Source: Alphaproteobacteria bacterium (lineage in GTDB: Bacteria; Pseudomonadota; Alphaproteobacteria; Bin95). From it: DNA of 64,000 bases. Made by a program: the position numbers and the translations under genes. The DNA is taken from assembly GCA_963665325.3 (NCBI GenBank), contig CAXXWS020000002.1, positions 864,001 through 928,000 on the forward strand, written 5' to 3'. Position 1 is the stretch's first letter; every line of letters starts with the position of its first letter. This document shows positions 18,529 to 26,913 of this stretch, one piece after another. Below the pieces are notes generated by a model. The model saw only the letters and a program-made list of their open reading frames with translations, ran no database searches and was not told the origin of the DNA.

Positions 18529-21500
18529 ATGAGCGCAGGCTGGCAGTTCTGGATCGACCGGGGCGGAACCTTCACCGACATTGTGGCGCGCGCGCCGGAT
18601 GGCGGCTTCGTCACCCGCAAGCTGCTGTCCGAAGCCCCTGAGCATTATGACGACGCGGCTCTTCAGGGCATTCGCGACATTCTGGGCGCGGAGGCGGGCG
18701 CGCCGATCCCGGCAGACCGCGTCGAGGCGGTGCGGATGGGCACTACCGTCGCGACCAATGCGCTGCTGGAACGCAAGGGCGAACGCACCCTGCTGGTGGT
18801 CACGCGAGGCTTCGCCGACCAGCTCCGTATCGGCTACCAGAACCGCCCGCGCCTCTTCGACCTCAATATCCGTCTGCCGGAAATACTCTACGAGGCGGTC
18901 GTCGAGGCGGACGAACGCATGGGTCCGCATGGCGAGGTCGTGCGGCCGCTGGACGAGGCGAAACTGGAAGCCGACCTTGCGCGGGCGCATGGAGAGGGTT
19001 TCCGTGCGGTCGCCATCTGCCTGATGCACGGCTACCGCCACACCGCACACGAAGCTGCGGCGCACGCCATCGCGCGGCGCGCGGGCTTCGAGCAGGTTTC
19101 GGTGAGCCACATGGTCTCGCCGCTGATGAAGTTCGTCTCGCGCGGCGACACCACGGTGGTGGACGCCTATCTCTCCCCGATCCTGCGCCGCCATGTCGAG
19201 CGCATGGCGGCGTCGCTCGGCGGGGCGCGGCTGCTGTTCATGCAGTCCAACGGAGGACTGGTGGATGCGCGCCGGTTCCAGGGTAAGGACGCCATCCTCT
19301 CCGGGCCCGCAGGCGGCATCGTCGGGGCGGTCGAGACCGGGCGCTCGGCGGGGTTCGAGCGCATTATCGGCTTCGACATGGGCGGCACCTCGACCGATGT
19401 CTCGCACTATGCCGGCAGCTATGAGCGCGCCTTCGAAACCGAGGTTGCCGGCGTGCGGATGCGCGCGCCGATGCTCGACATCCACACCGTCGCGGCCGGC
19501 GGCGGCTCGATCCTGCATTTCGACGGCCGGCGCTTCCGGGTCGGCCCCGACAGCGCCGGCGCGGACCCCGGCCCCGCCTGTTACCGGCGCGGCGGCCCGC
19601 TGACGGTTACCGACTGCAACCTGATGCTCGGCCGGCTGATGCCGGAGTTCTTCCCGCGCATTTTCGGGCCGGGGCGCGACGAGACGCTCGATGTCGAGGT
19701 CGTGCGCCGCGAATTCGCCACGCTCGCCGGACGGATCGGCGACGGGCGCACGCCAGAAGCGGTCGCCGAGGGTTTCCTGCGCATTGCGGTCGAGAACATG
19801 GCCAACGCCATCAAGCGCATCTCCATCGAGCGCGGCCACGATGTGACCGACTATGCGCTCAACTGCTTCGGTGGAGCGGGCGGCCAGCATGCCTGCGCGG
19901 TCGCCGATGCGCTCGGCATCGAAACCGTGCTGATCCATCCCTTTGCGGGCGTGCTCTCCGCCTATGGCATGGGCCTGGCCGATATCCGGGTGCTGCGCGA
20001 GACGGCGGTCGAAGCGCCGCTATCCGAGATCGGGGAGGCGGAAGCGGCGTTCGAGCGGCTGGATGCGCTTGCCCGGGACGAGATGGCGGCGCAGGGCGTG
20101 CCGCCCGAGCGGGTCGAGGCCTTCCGGCGGCTTCTTGTGCGCTATGACGGCACCGATTCGCCGCTGACCGTGGCGTTCGGCCCGGAAACGGCCGTGCAGG
20201 CCGCCTTCGAGGACCAGCACCGGCAGCGCTTCGGTTTCGTCTCGGAGACCAAGGGGCTCGTCATCGAGGCAGCGGCGCTGGAACTCGTCGGGCGGACGGA
20301 GCGGGCAGGGGAACCCTCAATTGCCGGTGACGGAGGCAACCCCGATCCTGCTGCCCGGACAGAGCTGTTCGCCGACGGCCGGATGCAGAAGGCCGCGGTC
20401 CATATCCGTGCGGAGCTCAGTCCCGGAGACCGTGTGGCCGGACCGGCGGTGCTGGTGGAGGACACCGCGACGACAGTGGTCGAGCCCGGATGGGAGGCGC
20501 GGCTTACCGAGAGTGGCAATCTCGTGCTGGAGCGCGTTCTGCCGGCCAGGCGCGAGGCGGCGACCGGCACCGAGGCGGACCCGGTGCTGCTGGAGGTGTT
20601 CAACAATTTGTTCATGTCGGCGGCCGAGCAGATGGGCGCCACCCTGGCTGCGACCGCCTCCTCGGTGAATATCAAGGAACGGCTGGACTTCTCCTGCGCC
20701 GTGTTCGATCCCGACGGCGAACTGGTCGCCAACGCGCCGCATATTCCGGTCCATCTGGGTTCGATGTCGGAATCCGTGCAGTCCATCATCCGCTCCCGCG
20801 CCGGGACGATGGCGCCGGGCGACGTGTTCATGCTGAACGCGCCCTACAATGGCGGCACGCACCTGCCGGATGTGACGCTCATCACGCCGGTCTTCGCGCC
20901 GGACGGCGGGGCGATCTGGTTCTATGTCGCAAGCCGCGGCCACCATGCCGATATCGGCGGCATCACGCCGGGTTCCATGCCGCCTGACAGCCGCCATATC
21001 GAGCAGGAGGGCGTGCTGTTCGACGATGTGCGGGCGGTGCGCGGCGGGCGTTTCCTGGAGGAAGAGGTGCTGGCGCTGCTGGAGGGTGCGCGCTACCCGG
21101 CGCGCAACCCGGCCGAGAACCTCGCCGATTTCCGCGCCCAGATCGCCGCCAACCAGAAGGGCGTCGAGGAACTGCACCATATGGTCGCGCATTTCGGCCT
21201 GGATACTGTGCAGGCCTATATGCGCCATGTGCGCGACAATGCCGAGGAAAGCGTGCGCCGGGTGCTGGACGCGCTCCGGCCGGGCAGCTTCGAGATCGAG
21301 ACCGACCAGGGCTGGCTCATCGCGGTGGATGTCTCCATCGACAAGGCGGCGCGCCGGGCGGTGCTGGACTTCTCGCGCTCCTCCGATCAGGTGGATGGCA
21401 ACTTCAATGCGCCGACCGCCGTGTGCATGGCGGCCGTGCTCTATGTCTTCCGCTGCCTCTGCGGCGTGGATATTCCACTCAATGCCGGCTGCCTGAAGCC

Positions 21501-22110
21501 GCTGGAAATCCGCGTGCAGGAGCGGTCGATCCTGCGCCCGCATTTCCCGGCGGCGGTGGTGGCCGGCAATGTCGAGACCTCGCAATACATCACCGACACG
21601 CTGTTCGGCGCGCTGAATGCCGTGGCGGAATCCCAAGGGACGGTCAACAATTTCACCTTCGGCAATGCGCGCTACCAGTATTACGAGACCATCTGCGGCG
21701 GCTCAGGCGCGGGCGACGGTTTCGATGGGGCGCACGCCGTGCATGTCCACATGACCAATACCCGCCTCACCGACCCGGAAATCCTGGAGTGGCGCTACCC
21801 GGTGCGCCTGGAGAGCTTCGAGATCCGGCGGGGCAGTGGCGGCGAGGGGCGCTGGCGGGGCGGCGACGGCGTGCGCCGGCGGGTCCGCTTCCTGGAGCCG
21901 ATGACGGCGGCGATCCTCTCCAGCCACCGCCGCGTGCCGCCCTATGGCCTCGCCGGCGGCGGCAGCGGGGAACCCGGCCGCAACAGCGTCGTGCGCACGG
22001 ACGGCAGCACCGAGACCCTGCTCGGCGCCGACCGCACCGAAATGGCCGCCGGCGACATCTTCGTCATTGAGACACCGGGAGGCGGCGGCTGGGGGACGCC
22101 AGAGGGGTGA
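18529..22110 (+). CDS. Fused hydantoinase A/B, 5-oxoprolinase (ATP-hydrolysing) type
   Basis: [63 protein letters not shown]. Confidence 0.93.
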   Translation: MSAGWQFWIDRGGTFTDIVARAPDGGFVTRKLLSEAPEHYDDAALQGIRDILGAEAGAPIPADRVEAVRMGTTVATNALLERKGERTLLVVTRGFADQLRIGYQNRPRLFDLNIRLPEILYEAVVEADERMGPHGEVVRPLDEAKLEADLARAHGEGFRAVAICLMHGYRHTAHEAAAHAIARRAGFEQVSVSHMVSPLMKFVSRGDTTVVDAYLSPILRRHVERMAASLGGARLLFMQSNGGLVDARRFQGKDAILSGPAGGIVGAVETGRSAGFERIIGFDMGGTSTDVSHYAGSYERAFETEVAGVRMRAPMLDIHTVAAGGGSILHFDGRRFRVGPDSAGADPGPACYRRGGPLTVTDCNLMLGRLMPEFFPRIFGPGRDETLDVEVVRREFATLAGRIGDGRTPEAVAEGFLRIAVENMANAIKRISIERGHDVTDYALNCFGGAGGQHACAVADALGIETVLIHPFAGVLSAYGMGLADIRVLRETAVEAPLSEIGEAEAAFERLDALARDEMAAQGVPPERVEAFRRLLVRYDGTDSPLTVAFGPETAVQAAFEDQHRQRFGFVSETKGLVIEAAALELVGRTERAGEPSIAGDGGNPDPAARTELFADGRMQKAAVHIRAELSPGDRVAGPAVLVEDTATTVVEPGWEARLTESGNLVLERVLPARREAATGTEADPVLLEVFNNLFMSAAEQMGATLAATASSVNIKERLDFSCAVFDPDGELVANAPHIPVHLGSMSESVQSIIRSRAGTMAPGDVFMLNAPYNGGTHLPDVTLITPVFAPDGGAIWFYVASRGHHADIGGITPGSMPPDSRHIEQEGVLFDDVRAVRGGRFLEEEVLALLEGARYPARNPAENLADFRAQIAANQKGVEELHHMVAHFGLDTVQAYMRHVRDNAEESVRRVLDALRPGSFEIETDQGWLIAVDVSIDKAARRAVLDFSRSSDQVDGNFNAPTAVCMAAVLYVFRCLCGVDIPLNAGCLKPLEIRVQERSILRPHFPAAVVAGNVETSQYITDTLFGALNAVAESQGTVNNFTFGNARYQYYETICGGSGAGDGFDGAHAVHVHMTNTRLTDPEILEWRYPVRLESFEIRRGSGGEGRWRGGDGVRRRVRFLEPMTAAILSSHRRVPPYGLAGGGSGEPGRNSVVRTDGSTETLLGADRTEMAAGDIFVIETPGGGGWGTPEG

Positions 22111-22140
22111 GTGTGGCGGTTGTCTGCCTTGCTAACGATT

Positions 22141-22280
22141 TGGAAGTAGGCAATGGGCAGAAAGTTGCAAAAATGATTGGAAATGGGCAAGAAATGGCAT
22201 AAGGGGGAATAAATGGGCAAAAAATGGCAGAGATGGGCAGAAAATGGCGATAGTGGATGAGAATGGGCAGAGAATAGCCC
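22141..22280 (+). repeat. Degenerate purine-rich tandem repeat with 10-bp phasing
   Basis: ATGGGCA(A/G) at 22153, 22183, 22213, 22233, 22263, with AAATGGC variants in between. Confidence 0.85.
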
Positions 22281-22304
22281 AATCTGGACCGAATTGCATT
22301 TGAG

Positions 22305-23819
22305 ATGGACGACTTCCAAGGCCGTCCCTTGCCGGAACCGGCCGAACCGGCCGGTTACTCATGGCTGATCGATTGTTACGGCCTCAATTTGCCTTTACCC
22401 CCGAGACTGGTCGCAGTTGCCCGGCGCGACCACCCGCACACGACGCCGGATTGGTTACTGTTGCGGCCTTCCCGCCGCCCGCAGCCGACGCTGGCGGAGC
22501 ATCTGGCGTTCGCCCTCCGGCGGGAGGGGATCGATCTTTCCGTGTTGGACGCCCTGTTCGCAAGCGTGCCCGCCGGGGAGGTGGCAGAAGTGGTGCGCGC
22601 GCAGCCGAGCAGCGTGTTATCCCGCCGACTCTGGTTCGTCTACGAGTGGCTGACCGGCGAGCGGCTCGACCTGCCGGACGCCCAGGCGGGGCGCTATGTC
22701 CCGGCAGTGGACACCCGTCTGCAGTTCGCGTTGTCCGAAGGCGAGCGTTCGCGACGCCACAAGGTCTTCAACAACCTGCCCGGCACGCCTGCCTTCTGCC
22801 CTATGGTGCGGCGCACGCCGGCGCTCGATGCAGTTCGAGCCCTGCAACTCGATGCGCGCGCCCGCGATACCGCCGGCCGGGTGCATCCCGACCTGATGGC
22901 GCGCGCGGCAGCGTTCCTCCTGCTCAACGACACGAAGTCGTCCTTTGCGATCGAGGGCGAACGGCCATCCAGTGCCCGCGCCGCCCGATGGGGCCGGGCA
23001 GTCGCCGAGGCCGGACAGCGAGCGTTCGACCGCGCCGAACTGGAGCGCCTCCAGCGCATCGTTATTGAGGATGCGCGCTTCGTGCGGCTCGGCCTTCGCG
23101 ACGAAGGCGGCTTCGTGGGGCTTCATGACCGGATCGACCGCTCGCCGCTGCCCGACCATATCAGCGCCCGTCCGCAGGATTTACCGGGCCTGGTGGACGG
23201 GATCGCCGCCTGGTGCGGCCGCGCCGCGGCTGGCGGTCTGGACCCGGTCGTCGCGGCGGCCGCGGCGGCTTTCGGTTTCGTCTATGTCCATCCGTTTGAG
23301 GACGGGAACGGCCGCATCCACCGCTGGCTCATCCACCATGTTCTGGCGGCGGCGGGCTACACCCCACCCGGCGTCGTGTTCCCCGTCAGCGCGGCCATTC
23401 TGAGCCGTATCGAGGACTACCGCCGGGTGCTCGAATCCCGCTCATCCGCCCTGCTGCCGTTCATCGACTGGCGGGCGACCGAGAACGGCAATGTGGAGGT
23501 GACAAACGACACGGCCGCCTTCTACCGCTATTTCGACGCGACGGCCCATGCAGAGTTCCTCTACGAGTGCATCGAACGGACGGTGGAAGAGGACCTGCCG
23601 CGCGAAATCCGCTTCCTCATCGCCTTCGACCACTTCGCCGCCGGCGTGAAGGACATGGCGGACATGCCCGACCGCCGGGTGGAGCAGCTGCGCGGCTTCC
23701 TGGAGCAGAATGACGGCAGGCTTTCCGCCCGCGCCCGCAGCCGGGAGTTTGCGGCCATGACCGACGAAGAGGCCGCCCGCGTCGAGCGGCTTTATGCGGA
23801 AAGCTTCGGGGAGCCGTAA
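22305..23819 (+). CDS. Fic family protein (504 aa)
   Basis: Canonical HPFEDGNGRIHR motif; N-terminal inhibitory-type motif SFAIEG. Confidence 0.93.
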   Translation: MDDFQGRPLPEPAEPAGYSWLIDCYGLNLPLPPRLVAVARRDHPHTTPDWLLLRPSRRPQPTLAEHLAFALRREGIDLSVLDALFASVPAGEVAEVVRAQPSSVLSRRLWFVYEWLTGERLDLPDAQAGRYVPAVDTRLQFALSEGERSRRHKVFNNLPGTPAFCPMVRRTPALDAVRALQLDARARDTAGRVHPDLMARAAAFLLLNDTKSSFAIEGERPSSARAARWGRAVAEAGQRAFDRAELERLQRIVIEDARFVRLGLRDEGGFVGLHDRIDRSPLPDHISARPQDLPGLVDGIAAWCGRAAAGGLDPVVAAAAAAFGFVYVHPFEDGNGRIHRWLIHHVLAAAGYTPPGVVFPVSAAILSRIEDYRRVLESRSSALLPFIDWRATENGNVEVTNDTAAFYRYFDATAHAEFLYECIERTVEEDLPREIRFLIAFDHFAAGVKDMADMPDRRVEQLRGFLEQNDGRLSARARSREFAAMTDEEAARVERLYAESFGEP

Positions 23820-23840
23820 TCCAGCCCCGGCCGCTTCTCC

Positions 23841-24965
23841 CTACAATGCGGCGTAGCGCCTGAGGTGGTAGTCGTTGTCGCCGAAGCTGCGGTCGATCAT
23901 GGTGAGGCGCTTGAAATAGTGGCCGGCGGCATATTCGTCGGTCATGCCGATGCCGCCGTGAAGCTGGATCGACTGCTGGCCGACATAGCGGGCCGACTTA
24001 CCGATCTGCACCTTGGCGGCGGACATCGCCTTCTTGCGAGCGTCCGCATCGTCCTCGTCGATCCGCATCGCTGCCATCATCGCCATGGACTTCGCCTCCT
24101 CATGCGCGATGAACATATCGACCATGCGGTGCTGCAGGACCTGGAAGCGCCCGATGGGCTGGCCGAACTGCTCGCGCGTCTTGAGGTATTCGAGCGTCAT
24201 GTCGTTCAGCGTGCCCATGAGGCCGACCGCCTCCGCCGACACCGCCGCGATTGCCCGGTCCACAACTTCCTCGACGGTGGCGAGACCGCCATCCACGTCG
24301 CCCAGCACGCCCCGGGCCGGTGTGTTGTCGAGCGTCACCTCACCGGCCCGGAGGCCGTCGGCGGTCGGATAGCCTCGCACGGAAAGACCGGCTGCGTCCT
24401 TGTCCACCAGGAAGAGGGTGATGCCTTCTGCATCGCGGGAGCCGCCAGCGGTCCGTGCCGACACCACGAACCGGTCTGCGGTCGGGGCGCCGAACACGAC
24501 GCTCTTCATGCCGGAGAGTTTGTAGCCGCCATTGGACTTCGCGGCCCGGACCTCGACGTCCTGGAGGTTGTAGCGCGCCTGGCGTTCGGCGAAGGCGAAG
24601 GCGAGCTTGCACTGGCCTTCCGCGACGGCAGGCAGGATTTCCGCCTTCTGCTCGTCGGAGCCGGCAAGCGTAACCGCGCCGCCGCCCATGACCACGGTGG
24701 ACAGGTAAGGCTCGGCGACCAGGCCGTTGCCGATGGCCTCCATGACGACCATCGTCTCGACGCCGGACATGCCGAGGCCGCCATGCTCCTCCGGGAAGGG
24801 GATGCCGAGCCAGCCGAGCTCCGCGAATTGCCGCCAGTGCGCGTCGGCATAGCCCTGCTCGGTAGCCACCAGCTGGCGCCGCTGCTCAAAGCTGTAGTTC
24901 TCGCGCACGAAGCGCTGCACGCTCTCCTGCAGGAGTTGCTGGTCCTCGGAATAGTCGAAGTCCAT
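23841..24965 (-). CDS. Acyl-CoA dehydrogenase, PimD-like small subunit
   Basis: MDFDYSEDQQLL, REQFGQPIGRFQVLQHR, IQLHGGIGMTDE. Confidence 0.9.
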   Translation of the reverse strand: MDFDYSEDQQLLQESVQRFVRENYSFEQRRQLVATEQGYADAHWRQFAELGWLGIPFPEEHGGLGMSGVETMVVMEAIGNGLVAEPYLSTVVMGGGAVTLAGSDEQKAEILPAVAEGQCKLAFAFAERQARYNLQDVEVRAAKSNGGYKLSGMKSVVFGAPTADRFVVSARTAGGSRDAEGITLFLVDKDAAGLSVRGYPTADGLRAGEVTLDNTPARGVLGDVDGGLATVEEVVDRAIAAVSAEAVGLMGTLNDMTLEYLKTREQFGQPIGRFQVLQHRMVDMFIAHEEAKSMAMMAAMRIDEDDADARKKAMSAAKVQIGKSARYVGQQSIQLHGGIGMTDEYAAGHYFKRLTMIDRSFGDNDYHLRRYAAL

Positions 24966-25002
24966 GGGCCTGTTCCCGTTCCTTCCCGTCGTAGGATGCC
25001 GC

Positions 25003-26172
25003 CTAGAGGCCGAGCACGGCCTTGGCGATGATGTTGCGCTGGATTTCGTTCGAGCCGCCGTAGATCGACGCCTTGCGCCAGTCGAAATAGAAGGCTGTGG
25101 CGCCGGCCGCCTCGCTCGGGCCGACCGGCGGCTCGTTCCAGCCCTGGGCGAGCGCGCGCTCAATGAAGGGATGCGCGAAATAGCCCTGCGCCTCCATCAG
25201 CAACTCCATCACATCCTGCTGGATTTCGGTGCCGCGGATTTTCAGCAGTGAGGCTTCCGGCCCGATCTCGTCGTCGGCTTCCTTCGCCGCCACCATGCGC
25301 AGGAAGGACCAGCGTAGGTCCTCCAGCGCCGCTCCGGTCTCGGCGATGCGGCGCGAGAAGTCCGGGTCGCGGCCGTCGTCGATCTCCTCCAGCCGGTCGA
25401 GCCGCTGGCGGCAGAGGCCGATGCCGGCCGTGCCGGAGCGTTCGTGGCCGAGCAGGTATTTGGCGCAGGTCCACCCCTTGCCCTCGTCGTAAATGCGCTC
25501 GGAGACCGGCACGCGGACATCCTCGAAGATCACCTCGTTGAAGTCCGACATGCGGCTGAAGCGCTCGATCGGGCGCACCGTCACTCCGGGGAGCGACATG
25601 TCGATCAGCAGGACCGAGATGCCGTCCTGCTTCTTGCCGGAACTGTCGGTGCGCACCAGCGCGAAGCACCAGTCCGCCCAGTCGGCATTGGTCGTCCAGA
25701 TCTTGCGCCCGTTGACGATGTAATGGTCGCCGTCGCGCACCGCCTGGCAGCCGAGGGAAGCCAGGTCCGAGCCCGAGTTCGGCTCCGAATAGCCCTGGCA
25801 CCAGATGACCTCGCTGGAGAGGATGCCCGGCAGGTGGCGCATCTTCTGCTCCTCCGTGCCGAAGGCGAGCAGTACCGGCCCGACCATTTGCGGACCGAAG
25901 GGCACCGGCCCCGGCGCGCAGGCGAGGTAGCTTTCCTCCTCGAAGATGAACTTCTGCGACGGCGTCCAGCCCGGTCCGCCGGCGGCCTCCGGCCAGTTGG
26001 GACACATCCAGCCCCTGTCGGAGACCGTGCGCATCCAGTCCACGACATCCCCGCGCGTGAGCAGGCTGCCGTCTCTTACCTTGTCGCGCACGTCCTTGGG
26101 GAGCCGGTCTCCAATAAAGGCGCGTACCTCTTCGCGGAAGGCGCGGTCTTGCTGTGCTATTTCCATGTGCAT
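25003..26172 (-). CDS. Acyl-CoA dehydrogenase, PimC-like large subunit
   Basis: WCQGYSEPNSGSDLASL, NEVIFEDVRVP, SIYGGSNEIQRNII. Confidence 0.92.
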   Translation of the reverse strand: MHMEIAQQDRAFREEVRAFIGDRLPKDVRDKVRDGSLLTRGDVVDWMRTVSDRGWMCPNWPEAAGGPGWTPSQKFIFEEESYLACAPGPVPFGPQMVGPVLLAFGTEEQKMRHLPGILSSEVIWCQGYSEPNSGSDLASLGCQAVRDGDHYIVNGRKIWTTNADWADWCFALVRTDSSGKKQDGISVLLIDMSLPGVTVRPIERFSRMSDFNEVIFEDVRVPVSERIYDEGKGWTCAKYLLGHERSGTAGIGLCRQRLDRLEEIDDGRDPDFSRRIAETGAALEDLRWSFLRMVAAKEADDEIGPEASLLKIRGTEIQQDVMELLMEAQGYFAHPFIERALAQGWNEPPVGPSEAAGATAFYFDWRKASIYGGSNEIQRNIIAKAVLGL

Positions 26173-26240
26173 GACGTCCCTCCCTCACCCGCGGGCGAAG
26201 CTACGGCCTTCACCCTGTCAAGACAAGCGGCCGGCCCGCT

Positions 26241-26576
26241 TCAGAACATCCGCCCGCCATCGGGCACGGGGCGTTCCGGTGCCAGCAGCACGACCTCTCC
26301 GTCCTTGTCGGGAAAGCCCAGCACCAGCACTTCGGACATGAACTTGCCGATCTGCTTTGCCGGAAAGTTGACCACGCCCGCAACCTGGCGTCCGACCAGC
26401 GTCTCCGGGTTGTAATGGACGGTGAGCTGGGCGGACGTCTTGCGCTCGCCGATCTCGGGGCCGAAATCCACCCAGAGCTTGATCGACGGCTGGCGCGCCT
26501 CCGGGAAAGGCTCCGCGCGCGTCACGGTGCCGACCCGGATATCGACCTTGAGAAAGTCGTCGAATGAAATCGCCAC
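26241..26576 (-). CDS. csaA: CsaA tRNA-binding/export chaperone
   Basis: FDDFLKVDIRVG, KTSAQLT, VVNFPAKQIGKFMSEVLVLG. Confidence 0.92.
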   Translation of the reverse strand: MAISFDDFLKVDIRVGTVTRAEPFPEARQPSIKLWVDFGPEIGERKTSAQLTVHYNPETLVGRQVAGVVNFPAKQIGKFMSEVLVLGFPDKDGEVVLLAPERPVPDGGRMF

Positions 26577-26671
26577 GCTCGCGTCCCCCCGGCTTCGAAG
26601 CGGCGCGGACCATGGCGCAGGCCCGGTCCCGACGCAAGGCGACCCGGCTGCCGGCGCGTTCGGGACGGACT

Positions 26672-26848
26672 TCAGGCGTCGTCTGTCGGCTCATTCAGCC
26701 GTTTGCCGTCGAGTTCCCGTTCGCGGAGGCGGGCGTCCGGGTCCGGACGGGCTGCTCTCTGCTGAGCGCGCCGGTCCTTCGCCTTCTTCTTCCTCGTCGC
26801 GCGGCCTGCGGCCTTGCGCGCCTTGTTCAGATTGACGATCTCCGCCAC
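26672..26848 (-). CDS. Small basic protein, DUF4169-like
   Basis: MAEIVNLNKARK...RELDGKRL. Confidence 0.65.
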   Translation of the reverse strand: MAEIVNLNKARKAAGRATRKKKAKDRRAQQRAARPDPDARLRERELDGKRLNEPTDDA

Positions 26849-26913
26849 CCGCCCGCCCGCTTCGTGTAAGTTCCGGGTCTCGCTGACGCAGACCCTATCA
26901 CCGTCGGAGCGCA

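Noticed and set aside
22141-22280. Repeat array as a CRISPR array
   Set aside because: Units are short and degenerate, there are no 30-40 nt unique spacers, and no cas genes are present.
21942-22362. Three overlapping minus-strand ORFs with HFLPI-like repeats
   Set aside because: All three frames stay open because the purine-rich repeat lacks reverse-strand stops. They overlap real genes and have no other support.
23841-25163. N-terminal extensions in ORF-track entries (this one, 527-2359, 37217-38392, 40961-42238, 51645-53090)
   Set aside because: The extensions overlap upstream genes in another frame; family-typical N-termini start at internal codons.
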